64,000 bases of DNA, taken from the NCBI RefSeq assembly GCF_963676685.1, contig NC_092351.1:14632001-14696000 (forward strand), given 5' to 3'. The position numbers and the translations under genes were made by a program. The stretch's first letter is position 1, and each line of letters starts with the position of its first letter. Below, piece by piece: positions 25,472 through 36,508 of the stretch. The notes below the pieces were generated by a model. It did not search any database. It was not told the origin of the DNA and saw only the letters and a program-made list of their open reading frames with translations. The stretch is from Mytilus edulis (Eukaryota).

Positions 25472-26224
25472 CGAAATAACTATTTTGTAGTTTTATATTT
25501 ATTAACTTTTTGATTAAAACAAAACTTTGTTTTGTAAATATATATTTCAATCCTATAATTCATCTTAATTCAGTGACACTAAAATTATTTATCTACTTTA
25601 AAGATCAATATGTTCCAATTATTGATTTCGCTGATAACAAATCGTTTTTAGATAGCGTCTTCCAAATTATACATGTGTTATTGGATCATCCCATTTCTAT
25701 GTAGCAACATTTCAGCAGCACCTGTATATGGAGAATATGTGTACACCTAAAATCTGTGTAAGGCCTCAAATCTGTGTTCGTTTCTCAAATATGTGACCCA
25801 TCTTTACGTCTATCCCTAATATATGTCCGTTTAATAAAGTTACGTCCTCAAATATTTGTGCTTTTTTTTCCTATTTGTTTTAATTTTTCCATTTAAATTT
25901 ATGCTTGGTAATTAAGTGCGGCCTTATAGGGTTTTTGTTTTATTGTGTCATTTCCATAATTTAATGTTAAGTTGGGATGTGTTCTCCATGTGTGTGGTTT
26001 TAAAATTGACAGGTGTTTCATTATTGTATGATTTACATTTTATTGTAAAACTACAACATAACCACAATGTTTGCTTTTCTTGATTCAGTGATTAATTGAT
26101 CTGAAGTTGTTATCGTTACCTCCCTTTATTCATTGATTACAAATACGAAATAACCTGAGACAAAATGACATCTGTATACACGCAGCTAAAGGTGCAATTA
26201 CGAACTTCAATACAGATTGGGATT

Positions 26225-26490
26225 ATAAAGGACATAGATTTGAGACAATAAAGGATTTAGATTTGAGACAATACAGGACATAGATTTTTGAGTCAATAAA
26301 AGGCATAGATATGAGACAAGAAAGGAAATAGATTTGAGACAATAAAGGATTTAGATTTGAAACCATACAGGACATACACTTTTAAGTCAATAAAAGGCAT
26401 AGATATGAGACAAGAAAGGACATAGATTTGAGACAATAAAGTACATAGATTTGAGACAATAAAAGGCATAGATATGAGACAATAAAGGGC
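26225..26490. repeat. 23-bp tandem minisatellite
   Basis: Unit GGACATAGATTTGAGACAATAAA. Confidence 0.9.
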
Positions 26491-26675
26491 AGGGATTATC
26501 CATTTGGTATCTGCCATCTCTTTTTATAAATTTAATGTGTCCGCAGGATTTTATTAATCGATTTATGAATTTCGAACAGCGCTATACTAAGGTTGCCTTT
26601 ATTTCCTGGAATACCTTTCAAGCATCGCTCAAAGCCAAACAATTGAAAGAAAAGTTATTGTAAAATAGGTTTCTT

Positions 26676-27042
26676 GATGAGTCTTATGTCGTACTAAATT
26701 ATAATCCTGGTACCTCTGATAACTATTTACACCACTGGGTCGATGCCACTGCTGATGGACGTTTCGTCCCTACGGTATCACCAGCCTAGTAGTCAGTATT
26801 TCGGTGGTGACATAAATTAACAAAACTTTGAAATATCGAAAAACTAAGGATTTCTTATCCCAGGCATAGATTACCTTAGCCGTATTTGGCACAATTTTTT
26901 GGAATTTTGATAAGCAATGCTCTTAAGCTATGTAATTGTTTGGCTTTAAAAATATTTTAATATGAGCGCCACTGATGGGTCTTATGTAGACGAAACGCGC
27001 GTTTGGCGTACTAAACTATAATCCTGGTATTTTTGATAACTA
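26676..27042 (+). mobile_element. Retrozyme copy (internally deleted) with mutated type I hammerhead at 26966-27009
   Basis: Starts inside a truncated HHR (GATGAGTCTTATGT) and ends after a second HHR with core CTGATGG. Flanked by TTTCTT direct repeats and absent from the equivalent site in unit B (~28775-28790). Confidence 0.85.
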
Positions 27043-28117
27043 TTTCTTATATCAGCAGTTTTCACATATATATATATATTTGAAGGACTTTTTTATTTGG
27101 AACGTTCGGTTTAATAGCTTGCTTTGAGAAAGTCCTTTACTGAATATGCATAAAGCGACACCGGCCGTAGATCTTTAGAGCCACTAATTTATTTCTAGGA
27201 AGAGAATCAGTTCGATGACACCATTTTATATTTCATATTTCATAAAGCATAATCAATGCATAATTGGTAAGGTGTACACACAATGTAGAGAATATAATAG
27301 AACGATGACCCATACTTAACATTATATTAAAAAAAACACATGTTTAAATCTAAATTTTGGTAAAATATTAGGAAATCCTATCTGAGGAAATACATATTGA
27401 TGATCCACTTCAACAAAAGTAATGGGGTAGTTCCTACAAGAAAGTCTATAGCAGTGTAAACTTTTAAAAGACACCGTAACAAACCAATCACCTACATGAT
27501 TCGGTTGTATACGGAACGCGCTTGTGTACAACATTTTAATTCTGGTACATGTTATGAGTTTATTTATTATTATTGAAGAATTTGTCTCTATATAGATCGT
27601 ATAAATTTTTTAAAGTATATCTGAATGTCTTTCAATTTGAATCATGGGTATATTCATTACAGGGTGGGAATAGAAATGTATGTAAATCCTTTTTAATCTC
27701 TTTCTATTAGTTTCTTATGAAAAAAACCTACAAATTACCTTGCTCTAATGAAACTAATGAAATCTATAATGCAGACAAATTCACTATGTCATCCTCGTGA
27801 ATGACTGTTTATGTAAATTACTCCCCCTTTTCTTAAAGCATTAAAGCTTCAGTATCGTTACGTCATTATGAAAACATAGTCTGTTTCCACAGCATAGTAA
27901 TTATCATGAATAAGTAAGTCTTGTATAAGTATATTCATTATAGGTCGTTAAAGAATAATATATAACTGCTAGCAACCTGTGAAAACTTGATTTTTCTAGT
28001 TACTTCCCTTTATTCATTACGACTTGATTACAAATACGAAATAAGCTGAGACATACTGACATCTATATACACGCAACTAAAGATGCATTTACGGCCTTCA
28101 GTACGGATTTGAATCAA

Positions 28118-28590
28118 TATAGGACATAGATTTGAGACCATACAGGACATACATTTTTGAGACAATAAAAGGCATAGATATGAGACAATAAAGGACATAG
28201 ATTTGAGACAATAAAGGACATAGATATGAGACAAAAAAGGGCATAGATATGAGACAAAAAGGGCATAGATATGAGACAATAAAGGGCTTAGATATGAGAC
28301 AATAAAGGACATAGATTTGAGACAAGAAAGGGCATAGATTTGAGACAATAAAGGACATAGATTTGAGACAATAAAGGATTTAGATTTGAGACAGTACAGG
28401 ACATAGATTTTTGGGTCAATAAAAGGCATAGATATGAGACAAGAAAGGACATAGATTTGAGACAATAAAGGATTTAGATTTGAGACCATACAGGACATAC
28501 ACTTTTAAGTCAATAAAAAGCATAGATATGAGACAATAAAGGACATAGATTTGAAACAATAAAGGCATAGATTTGAGACAAGAAAGGGCA
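28118..28590. repeat. 23-bp tandem minisatellite (second array)
   Basis: Same unit as 26225-26490. It explains the repetitive ORFs 28028-28498 and 28098-28358. Confidence 0.9.
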
Positions 28591-29082
28591 GGGATTATTC
28601 ATTTGGTATCTGCCACCTCTTTTTATAAATTTAATTTTAGTTTTATTTATCGATTTCCTCTCAATCGATTTATGATTTTCGAACAGCGCTAAATACTACT
28701 ATTGCCACTTATTATCTGGAAAACCTTTCAAAGCATCGCTCAAAGCCAAACAATTGAAAACCAGGTTTGTTTAAAATAGTTTTCTTATATCAGCAGTTTT
28801 CACATATATATACCGTATATGTATATATATTTGAAAGACTTCACTATTTGGAACTCTCGGTTTCATAGCTTTCTTGGTGAGAGTCCTTTTTTATATATGC
28901 AAAAAGCGACACCGGCTATAGATCTTTTGAGCCACTAATTTATTTCTAGGAAGAGATTCAGTTTAATGACACCATTTTATATTTCAATTTCAAAAAGCAT
29001 AATAATAAAACTATCTTATCATATTTTTTTTAATATCTAACAGATCTTACTATTTACAAACAAAACGTGTTTGTAATTAGTT

Positions 29083-29453
29083 ATTATAATCCTGGTACCT
29101 TTGATAACTATTTACACCATTGGGTCGATGCCACTGCTGGTGGACTTTTCGTCCCCGAGGGTATCACCAGCCCAGTAGTCAACACTTGGGTGTTGACATG
29201 AATATCAATAATGTGGTCATTTTTATAAATTTCCTGTATAAAAAACTTTGAACTTTTTGAAAAACTAAGGATTTTCTTATCCCAGGCATAGATTACCTTA
29301 GCCGTATTTGGCACAACTTTTGGGAATTTTGGATCCTCAATGCTCTTCAACTTTATACTAGTTTGGGTTTATAAATATTTTTGATTTGAGCGTCACTGAT
29401 GAGTCTTATGTAGACGAAACGCGCATCTGGCGTACTAAATTATAATCCTGGTA
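29083..29453 (+). mobile_element. Full retrozyme monomer (356-nt period)
   Basis: Direct terminal repeat ATTATAATCCTGGTA at 29083 and 29439, non-coding, with a type I hammerhead near the 3' end. Confidence 0.88.
29390..29433 (+). ncRNA. Type I hammerhead ribozyme (AUC variant)
   Basis: Stem I GCGTCA/TGGCGT; core CTGATGA; stem II GTCT-TATGT-AGAC; GAAA; C-GCGC-ATC minimal palindromic stem III with a C.A mismatch. Confidence 0.8.
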
Positions 29454-29680
29454 AAAATTCAAAGTTTTGTAAACAAGAAATTTATAAAAACGACCACATT
29501 ATTGATATTCATGTCAACATGTTGACTACTGGGCTGGCGATACCCTCGGGGACGAAACGTCCACCAGCAGTGGCATCGACCCATTGATGTAAAGCCAAAC
29601 AAGTACAAAGTTGAAGAGCATTGAGGATCTAAAATTCCAAAAAGTTGTGAAAACGACTTAGGTAATCTATGCCTGGGATA
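29454..29680 (-). mobile_element. Inverted, rearranged retrozyme fragments abutting the monomer
   Basis: Reverse complements of ~29110-29260 and ~29278-29368 joined tail-to-tail to the + copy. Confidence 0.85.
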
Positions 29681-29909
29681 CTGTAAGAATAATCAATGAA
29701 TAATTGTTTTTGGTGTACACACCTAGTAGATCAAATGATAGAACGATGACCCATACTTTACATTATATTAAAAAAAAAACATGTTTAAATCTACATTTTG
29801 GTAAGTATTAGACAATCCTATCTGAGGAAATAAATATTGATGATCCATCTCAACAAAAGTAATGGAATGGAAGTTGTTCCTACAAGAAGGTCTATAGAAG
29901 TGTAAACCT

Positions 29910-30123
29910 TTGGCTTTTCTACCTCAGGCAAAGATAACCTTAGCTGAATTTGGCACCACTTTTAGGAATTTTGAATCTCAATGCTCTTCAACTTCGTACT
30001 TTATTTGGCTTTTTTTTTAAAACTTTTTGGATTCGAGCGTCACTGATGAGTCTTTTGTAGACGAAACGCGCGTCTGGCGTATATATAAAATTTAGTCCTG
30101 GTATCTATGATGAGTTTATTTAC
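29910..30123 (+). mobile_element. Retrozyme, second subfamily, 5'-truncated
   Basis: Shares ACCTTAGC..ATTTGGCAC...CTCAATGCTCTTCAACTT and the HHR, but has a different 3' end (AGTCCTGGTATCTATGATGAGTTTATTTAC). Absent from unit A. Confidence 0.85.
30037..30080 (+). ncRNA. Type I hammerhead ribozyme, canonical
   Basis: GCGTCA CTGATGA GTCT TTTGT AGAC GAAA C GCGC GTC^ TGGCGT. All core nucleotides are intact, with predicted cleavage after 30074. Confidence 0.9.
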
Positions 30124-31217
30124 AAAGCAATCACCTTCATGATTTTGTTGTATACGGAACTCGCGTATCATGTACAAAATTCCAATTCTGGTGTATGTAT
30201 TGAGTTTATTTATCATTAATCAAGAACTTGTCTCTATATAGATCGTATTCAATTTTTAAAGTATATCTGAATTCCATTTTATTGAAATTATTGGTGTATT
30301 CATTACAGGGTGGGAATAAAAATTTATGTAAATCCTTTTTAATCTCTGTATTAGGTTCTTTTGAAAAAAAAACCTACAAATTACCTTGCTTTAATGACAC
30401 GAATGAAATCTATAATGCAGACAAATTCACTATGTCGTCCTCTTTAATGACTGTTCATGTAAATTACTCTCCCATTTCTTAAAGCATTAAAGCTTCAGTA
30501 TCGTTACGTCCTTTTGAAAACATAATTTGTTTCCACAGTATGGTTATTATCATGAATAAATAGATCTTGTATCAGTATATTGATTATAGGTTGTTAAAGA
30601 ATAATATATAACTTCTACATGTAGCAACCTGCGAAAACTTGATTGCTACCTTGAGATGTTAAATGGTTTTTTTTCCAAACACATCATGGAATAAAATAAT
30701 TCACACGTCATTTTTGCCAATATTTTATTGCATGCAATCAGAACATTTGTATCTTACCTTAATTTTTTAAACAGAAAAAATTATAATTAAACATAGAAAA
30801 TATAAATTCTATCCAAAACAAGAGATGACAAAATGATACTACTGATAGAGTCCATGCAGTCAGGATTCTACTTCGTCAAAATTATCTCCCAATATCGCCC
30901 CCTAATTTTTTTTAATCATAACAAAAAGTAAAATCACAAAAATTCTTAACTCCGAGCAAAAATAAAAAAAAAAAGGAAAGTTCATAATCAAATGGCAAAA
31001 TCAAACGCTCAAACACATCGAACGAATGGATAACGACTGTCATATTCCTTTGTACTGTGGATTAAACATGGTTTTATATCTAGATAAACCTCTAACTTGT
31101 ATGACAGATGCATCAAATTCAATTATATTGACAATGATGTGTGAACAAAACAAACCGACATATATAATAGGTAACAATCTCAATATTGTGTTATTGTCAG
31201 CAAAACATTTTTTCTGT

Positions 31218-32274
31218 GAAAAAAATTCTAGTGGAACAAAAATCACAGGAAATATGTTCTGGGTGATTTATTTTCAAAGATGATTTCTATATAACTTGTT
31301 CAATCTCCATGAAATAAGGTCCACATTTTACCTGGTAAAATAAGTAATGGGTTGGTGAGATTTGTTCCTTACCTTGTGAAATAAGTTCAGGATTTGTGAA
31401 ATTTGTTCCTCACCTGGTGTAATAAGTTCCTTGTCTGTGAAATATGTTCCACTGGTTCAACAAGTTGTCTTATATACTGAGCATTTGTCATTAGTGAGTT
31501 TAAAGTTATCATTCAAGTGCATGATAAAAATAAGTATAATATTAATAAAAATAAAAACAATATACAATAAGTAAAAAGTGTAACTCTTCCAATTCTATAA
31601 TTATATATTCCGTAAAAAGTATTCAAATGAAACTCTTGAGCAAGAAAAGAATAAATATTAAGAAAAATCATTCAGTAAAAAAGTATAGTTAAAGATAAAC
31701 ATATGACTGATCAATTATATCAAAAGATACACTCTTATGAAACTGTGCCATGACCTGGGTACCTGTATTACTAGAACATGGTACCATGATAGCTTACAGA
31801 AACAAAGGAGGAATACCACATAAAACATACATACAAATTATGATACATTACCATTACTTTTATTTCTTATCCGCATCTTAAAAGTACAGTTATGCATTCA
31901 ATTGCAAATGTGTCCCATGCAAGCACACTCAGTACTTCATTTAGCTTGCATTACCATGTAAGCGTAACAAGAAAAGGTTTTGCTGTGCAGTATGTTACAA
32001 TGGTACTTATTGTCTGTGACATAGATTTTAGCGGAACTTATTCATTGATTTCTATGAAATATGTAGTTCTATGTTCTTTAAAAACAATATCACAGGAACT
32101 TTTTTTTTTACTTTTTTAAAACTCTTAATATTTATTGGAACAAAATTCATGGAGCTATGACTTTTGTTCCGGAACTTATTTCACATATGGTCATAAAATT
32201 AGTTCTGGAACAAATTTTACAGGGATGGAACATATTTTTTGTAATATGAATCCCGTTGGAACATTTTTCATTAC
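31218..32274. mobile_element. Decayed TIR element with subterminal GTGAAATAAGTTCC-like repeats, inserted in a family C repeat
   Basis: Repeated GTGAAAT(A/T)(A/T)GTTCC at the left end and reverse-complement GGAAC(T/A)(T/A)ATTT at the right end. Family C sequence resumes after 32274. Confidence 0.5.
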
Positions 32275-32365
32275 TATCTTAATCACTATAAAAACAAACA
32301 AATATGTCATAAAGAAGCAAAAGGGATATAGACATACCACAAAAATGAAAGAGAAGGATTATCAA

Positions 32366-32945
32366 AGGAGTAGGTCCGGTAAGGGCCGATTTTGGCCCCA
32401 AATTTCAGTTTCATCTAACGAGATATTTAGAACACCTTTTAAACACTTAAGTGTCTATTTCAATTGATTCGATTAGTTTATGTAAAAGATTTTAACTGAT
32501 TCAGTCATTAAAAACGCTCCGATTGAAGCTTTAATATGAAAAATCTATCAAATATGCCAAAAAACGTCTTTTTTCAGATGGTTTTCTTCAAAAATGAAAG
32601 TGGCCGCATCCGTGTTCATCCTCAACCTTTATATATGTTATGTATTATCATTAAATACAACTTACATTTCAATATTATGAATGAACACGAATGCGGCCAC
32701 TTTCATTTAAGACGGAAACCGTCTAAAATTTAACTAAAATGCTATAATTGTGAAGATTTCAGTAATTAAGCATGACTTTATGATGCTAGTACACGATATA
32801 TGTACATTGTATTGTCAAAAACAGCACATATTTATGTAGCAGAAGCATTCTACTTTCCAAAAAATAGCTAAAAGATTACATTTTCACAATTTTGCAAAAC
32901 TGCTTAATTTTGGGGCCAAAAAGGGGTCTTACAGAACCTACTCCT
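32366..32945. mobile_element. MITE (Kolobok-type termini, degenerate TTAA flanks)
   Basis: AGGAGTAGGTCCGGTAAGGGCCGATTTTGGCCCCAAA ... TTTGGGGCCAAAAAGGGGTCTTACAGAACCTACTCCT. Confidence 0.8.
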
Positions 32946-32967
32946 TTACCATGACACAATAATACAA

Positions 32968-33406
32968 TGAAGGAATGAGTGAGTACAGATCCACGTCATA
33001 TGTATCAAAGAAACACAAAAAGGTATATAGACAAAACACATTAGGAATGAGTGAGTACAGATCCACGTCATATGTATCAAAGAAACACAAAAAGGTATAT
33101 AGACAAAACACATTAGGAATGAGTGAGTACAGATCCACGTCATATGTATCAAAGAAACACAAAAAGGTATATAGACAAAACACATGAAGGAATGAGTGAG
33201 TACAGATCCACGTCATATGTATCAAAGAAACACACAAAGGTATATAGACAAAACACATGAAGGAATGAGTGAGTACAGATCCACGTCATATGTATCAAAG
33301 AAACACAAAAAGGTATATAGACAAAACACATGAAGGAATGAGTGAGTACAGATCCACGTCATATGTATCAAAGAAACACAAAAAGGTATATAGACAAAAC
33401 ACATGA
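32968..33406. repeat. 72/73-bp tandem repeat, 6 near-identical copies
   Basis: Unit AGGAATGAGTGAGTACAGATCCACGTCATATGTATCAAAGAAACACAAAAAGGTATATAGACAAAACACAT(T/GA). Confidence 0.95.
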
Positions 33407-34001
33407 GCATAAATGAAAAAACAAGAATAAAAATAAAATCCATCGTTATTATCTTTAGCTCTTGTAACCGATAAATATATCCACATAGCACCATCACGAT
33501 CCTGATCTGCCAGTGGTGTTTAACACCACGAATATATCTACTATCTATAAACCTCATTAAATGAATTTGTATGATTTTGGTTAATTTAAAAATATTGGTC
33601 TATCGGTTGTCAGAGAGAATTTTCGAAAAATCCAAAATCATTTAAAATATTATAATTTGATATTTTGTTGAAACAGACAAAAATATTTCAGAGGTTGGAG
33701 ACAAATAACCTAAAAATGCTGGATAACATATACAAAAAGGTGTATCGTTAAGTACATTAAGTAGAACTTCTCTTGACCCATATAATTTATTTTATTTGTA
33801 CTGTTAACTTTTCATGTGTAAAATATCAACATAGAGCCTTTATATATACAAAAAAATAGAATCTCAAGCAAAATTATAAATTAAACTAAAGTTATACGTA
33901 AGACAGAATAGTCAGCTCAAACACCCCTGGATATAAAAAAAAAGGTGTCGGAAATTTTCCGGTGAATTTTTTGTGGAAATTCTTTTCGGTGAAATTCATT
34001 T

Positions 34002-34155
34002 AAAAGAGGGACGAAAGATACCAAAGGAACAGTCAAACTCATAAATCGAAAACAAACTGACAACGCCATGGCTAAAAATGAAAAAGACAAACAGAAAAAC
34101 AATAGTACACATGACACAACATAGAAAACTAAAGAATAAACAACACGAACACCAT
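34002..34155 (-). mobile_element. Solo 3' end (pLTR fragment) of the Penelope-like element
   Basis: Near-identical to 45437-45590 and 1-135. Confidence 0.85.
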
Positions 34156-36167
34156 TTAACTGTCATACAATTTACAGGTTATAATATAAGGTCAATACTA
34201 CAGTTTTATGACCTTACTGTAGTTCTAGGTTTGTTTAGACTTTTATTGTTGAACAGTTTACGAAAACTTTGAAAAAAGGAGACTTTACACAAAAATAATC
34301 GTATCATGCTAACATGTTCTATTTGGAAATCATGAACTCCTTTTCTGTTTTAACACATATTATGTAACCAGTAGAAGAGAAAAGATTGCCACGAAATGAT
34401 TCTTGCCTTATAACGGAACTTTCTCACAATAGACGAATCCGTTTGAACTATAAACTTGTACAAAATCTGAACCAACTGCATCAAACGTAAATTCTAAAAC
34501 AAAAACAGTCATCAAGTTATTCAGCATTGATCGTCTTGACAACAGACCAAAGTGAATGTCAAAGGTTAATGTTTATACCTTAAATCTCGTTATGTGATAC
34601 AATCGGAGGTAATTAAAGTAGGGAAAAAGTAAATTGACTTAATGTTCGACCCAACTCTCAACGAAGATAATCCCTTTGACATGGCTGAAAAGCAATTGGA
34701 AGGTTCCACCAACGGAAACGAACCTCGCGTCTTGAATGTCGTCTTAACTGAAAACTATACAACACTAGGACCTCTAGTCTTGAATATTTTCTTACTAGTT
34801 GAGCAGGACATGCTGATCCTTCAGGAGCTGCTAGATTTTCCCACTGAGTTTATTGGGTTTAATGCTGCTCAATGTTAGAAGTTTTATGACGTGTTTGGTA
34901 TTTAGTTTTTCTAGATCTGTTCGTCTATTATTTTGGATGTCGCCCCTTTTGGGGTTTATGTAACTGTTTTATGCGTTGTTTTCTTTTATCTTGATTTGTA
35001 TCTTCGTAATAGATTCATGCTATTTGAATATATGTTCTTCCCTCTAATTTCATCTCATATTACTTCCATTTTTTGGTTAAATGTCATCTTGTTTAAAATT
35101 TAGTTTTAAAATTTGTGATACGACCTACAAAGGAACTGAAAAATATAGGTACAAAATATTTGTACGGGAATGAATTGTTTGTTTCGTTCACACAACTGTT
35201 ATTCCATCACTTATTTTAACCACTTATATTCGTACAGATGATAACAACTATCACATAACTTGAGAGTCTTTTCATACGAGTTTGCAATCTAAATGCTATA
35301 CTTTCAATAATTAATTGAACAATTTCATTAAAAATTATAAAAGTGTAAGTCTATAAAAGCTATGGATCTATTTTAATAAACCTAATAATATAAGATAGCC
35401 AGACACTCTTTAAACGACTTAGGCAAGGAAAAAACAAATAAGACAAGCCCATTGTTTAGATCTTAGAACTCAACATAGTTTATTCGAATGAAGTTACAGT
35501 CAAATGATCATACTCAATAAAACGATAATGATATATTAAATTCCGGTGCATCGTAGTTATGTCTTTAGAATTCATTATTTTTTTTAATCTTTTAGTAATT
35601 TTTTTGCCCCTCAATTATCAATAATAAGATAATAACACGCAAATACAGAAGATGTTGAAATATAGCTAGCATTAGGATTAAACCTAGATTTACAATGAAT
35701 AACTTCAATGTAATAGATTTGAATGTAAATGATATAAATCTTACACGTACGAATTTGTTCATCAATTTTTTTTAACGAGATAAATTGTAAACTGTTTAAC
35801 TTAAGAATAACTGGTGTTCTTATAATGTCTGTATTGTTACAAATAAATCACTGCGCATATAACATAGAAAAGGGCTTTAACTAAAAAAAACCCGCATCTA
35901 TTCAAATAACTGCACTAACGAAACATCCGTGAGCATCAATGAAAGGGAATAGTTTACAATATGGTACTGGATATTGATGCTGTTCATTTTACCCTTACGT
36001 AATTAATTTTCGTTTGGAAAAAGAGAAACACAGAAAAGAAGAAAAGAACATTGTGTTTGCATGTCATAACTTACATCCGTGTCAGTAAAACTTGTTTCAT
36101 ATATTATTCCGTCAAGACATGAAGGATTGTATTTGATCAACTTGACGTATTAGTTGATCATTTTGAA

Positions 36168-36231
36168 ATGATACATTACTTTCTGAAGATGTTAGTGGTA
36201 CTGATAGTAGTTATCTTCACATTCTTAACAG
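36168..36231 (+). CDS. Gene 2 exon 1 (signal peptide MIHYFLKMLVVLIVVIFTFLT-)
   Basis: Hydrophobic N-terminus and phase-1 donor AG|GTACGT. Confidence 0.7.
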
Positions 36232-36508
36232 GTACGTGCGACATATTTATTCTTTTTATTTTGTTTAACAATTTACACTTAACTGTTTGCTTTCTCAATA
36301 TTTATTTTTTTTGTTTTAGATATAATGTATTCATAGATACTTTTCTTCTCAGTTCTTTACTCCATTAATTATTGAAATTGCTCGCTGACTTGTTAATAGA
36401 TGTATTTTAGGCAGAAGTAAAATGTAAAACTGTTTTTGATCAATTAAAACAAATGTCCAACAGACTTTTTATTTATTTTTTTTTAAATCAAGTACAACAC
36501 ATCTAGAA

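Larger units (their letters stand above)
26115..30642. repeat. Tandem segmental duplication (unit A ~26115-27990, unit B ~27998-30642)
   Basis: Collinear shared blocks: TCCCTTTATTCATT..GATTACAAATACGAAATAA, the satellite, GCATCGCTCAAAGCCAAACAATTGAAA, GAACGATGACCCATACTT and TAATGCAGACAAATTCACTATGTC. The size difference comes from unit-specific insertions. Confidence 0.9.

Noticed and set aside
28028-28498. 156-aa Cys/Leu-rich ORF and similar ORFs at 26293 and 28098
   Set aside because: Translations of the 23-bp minisatellite.
32938-33557. Cluster of repetitive ORFs on both strands
   Set aside because: Translations of the 72/73-bp tandem repeat.
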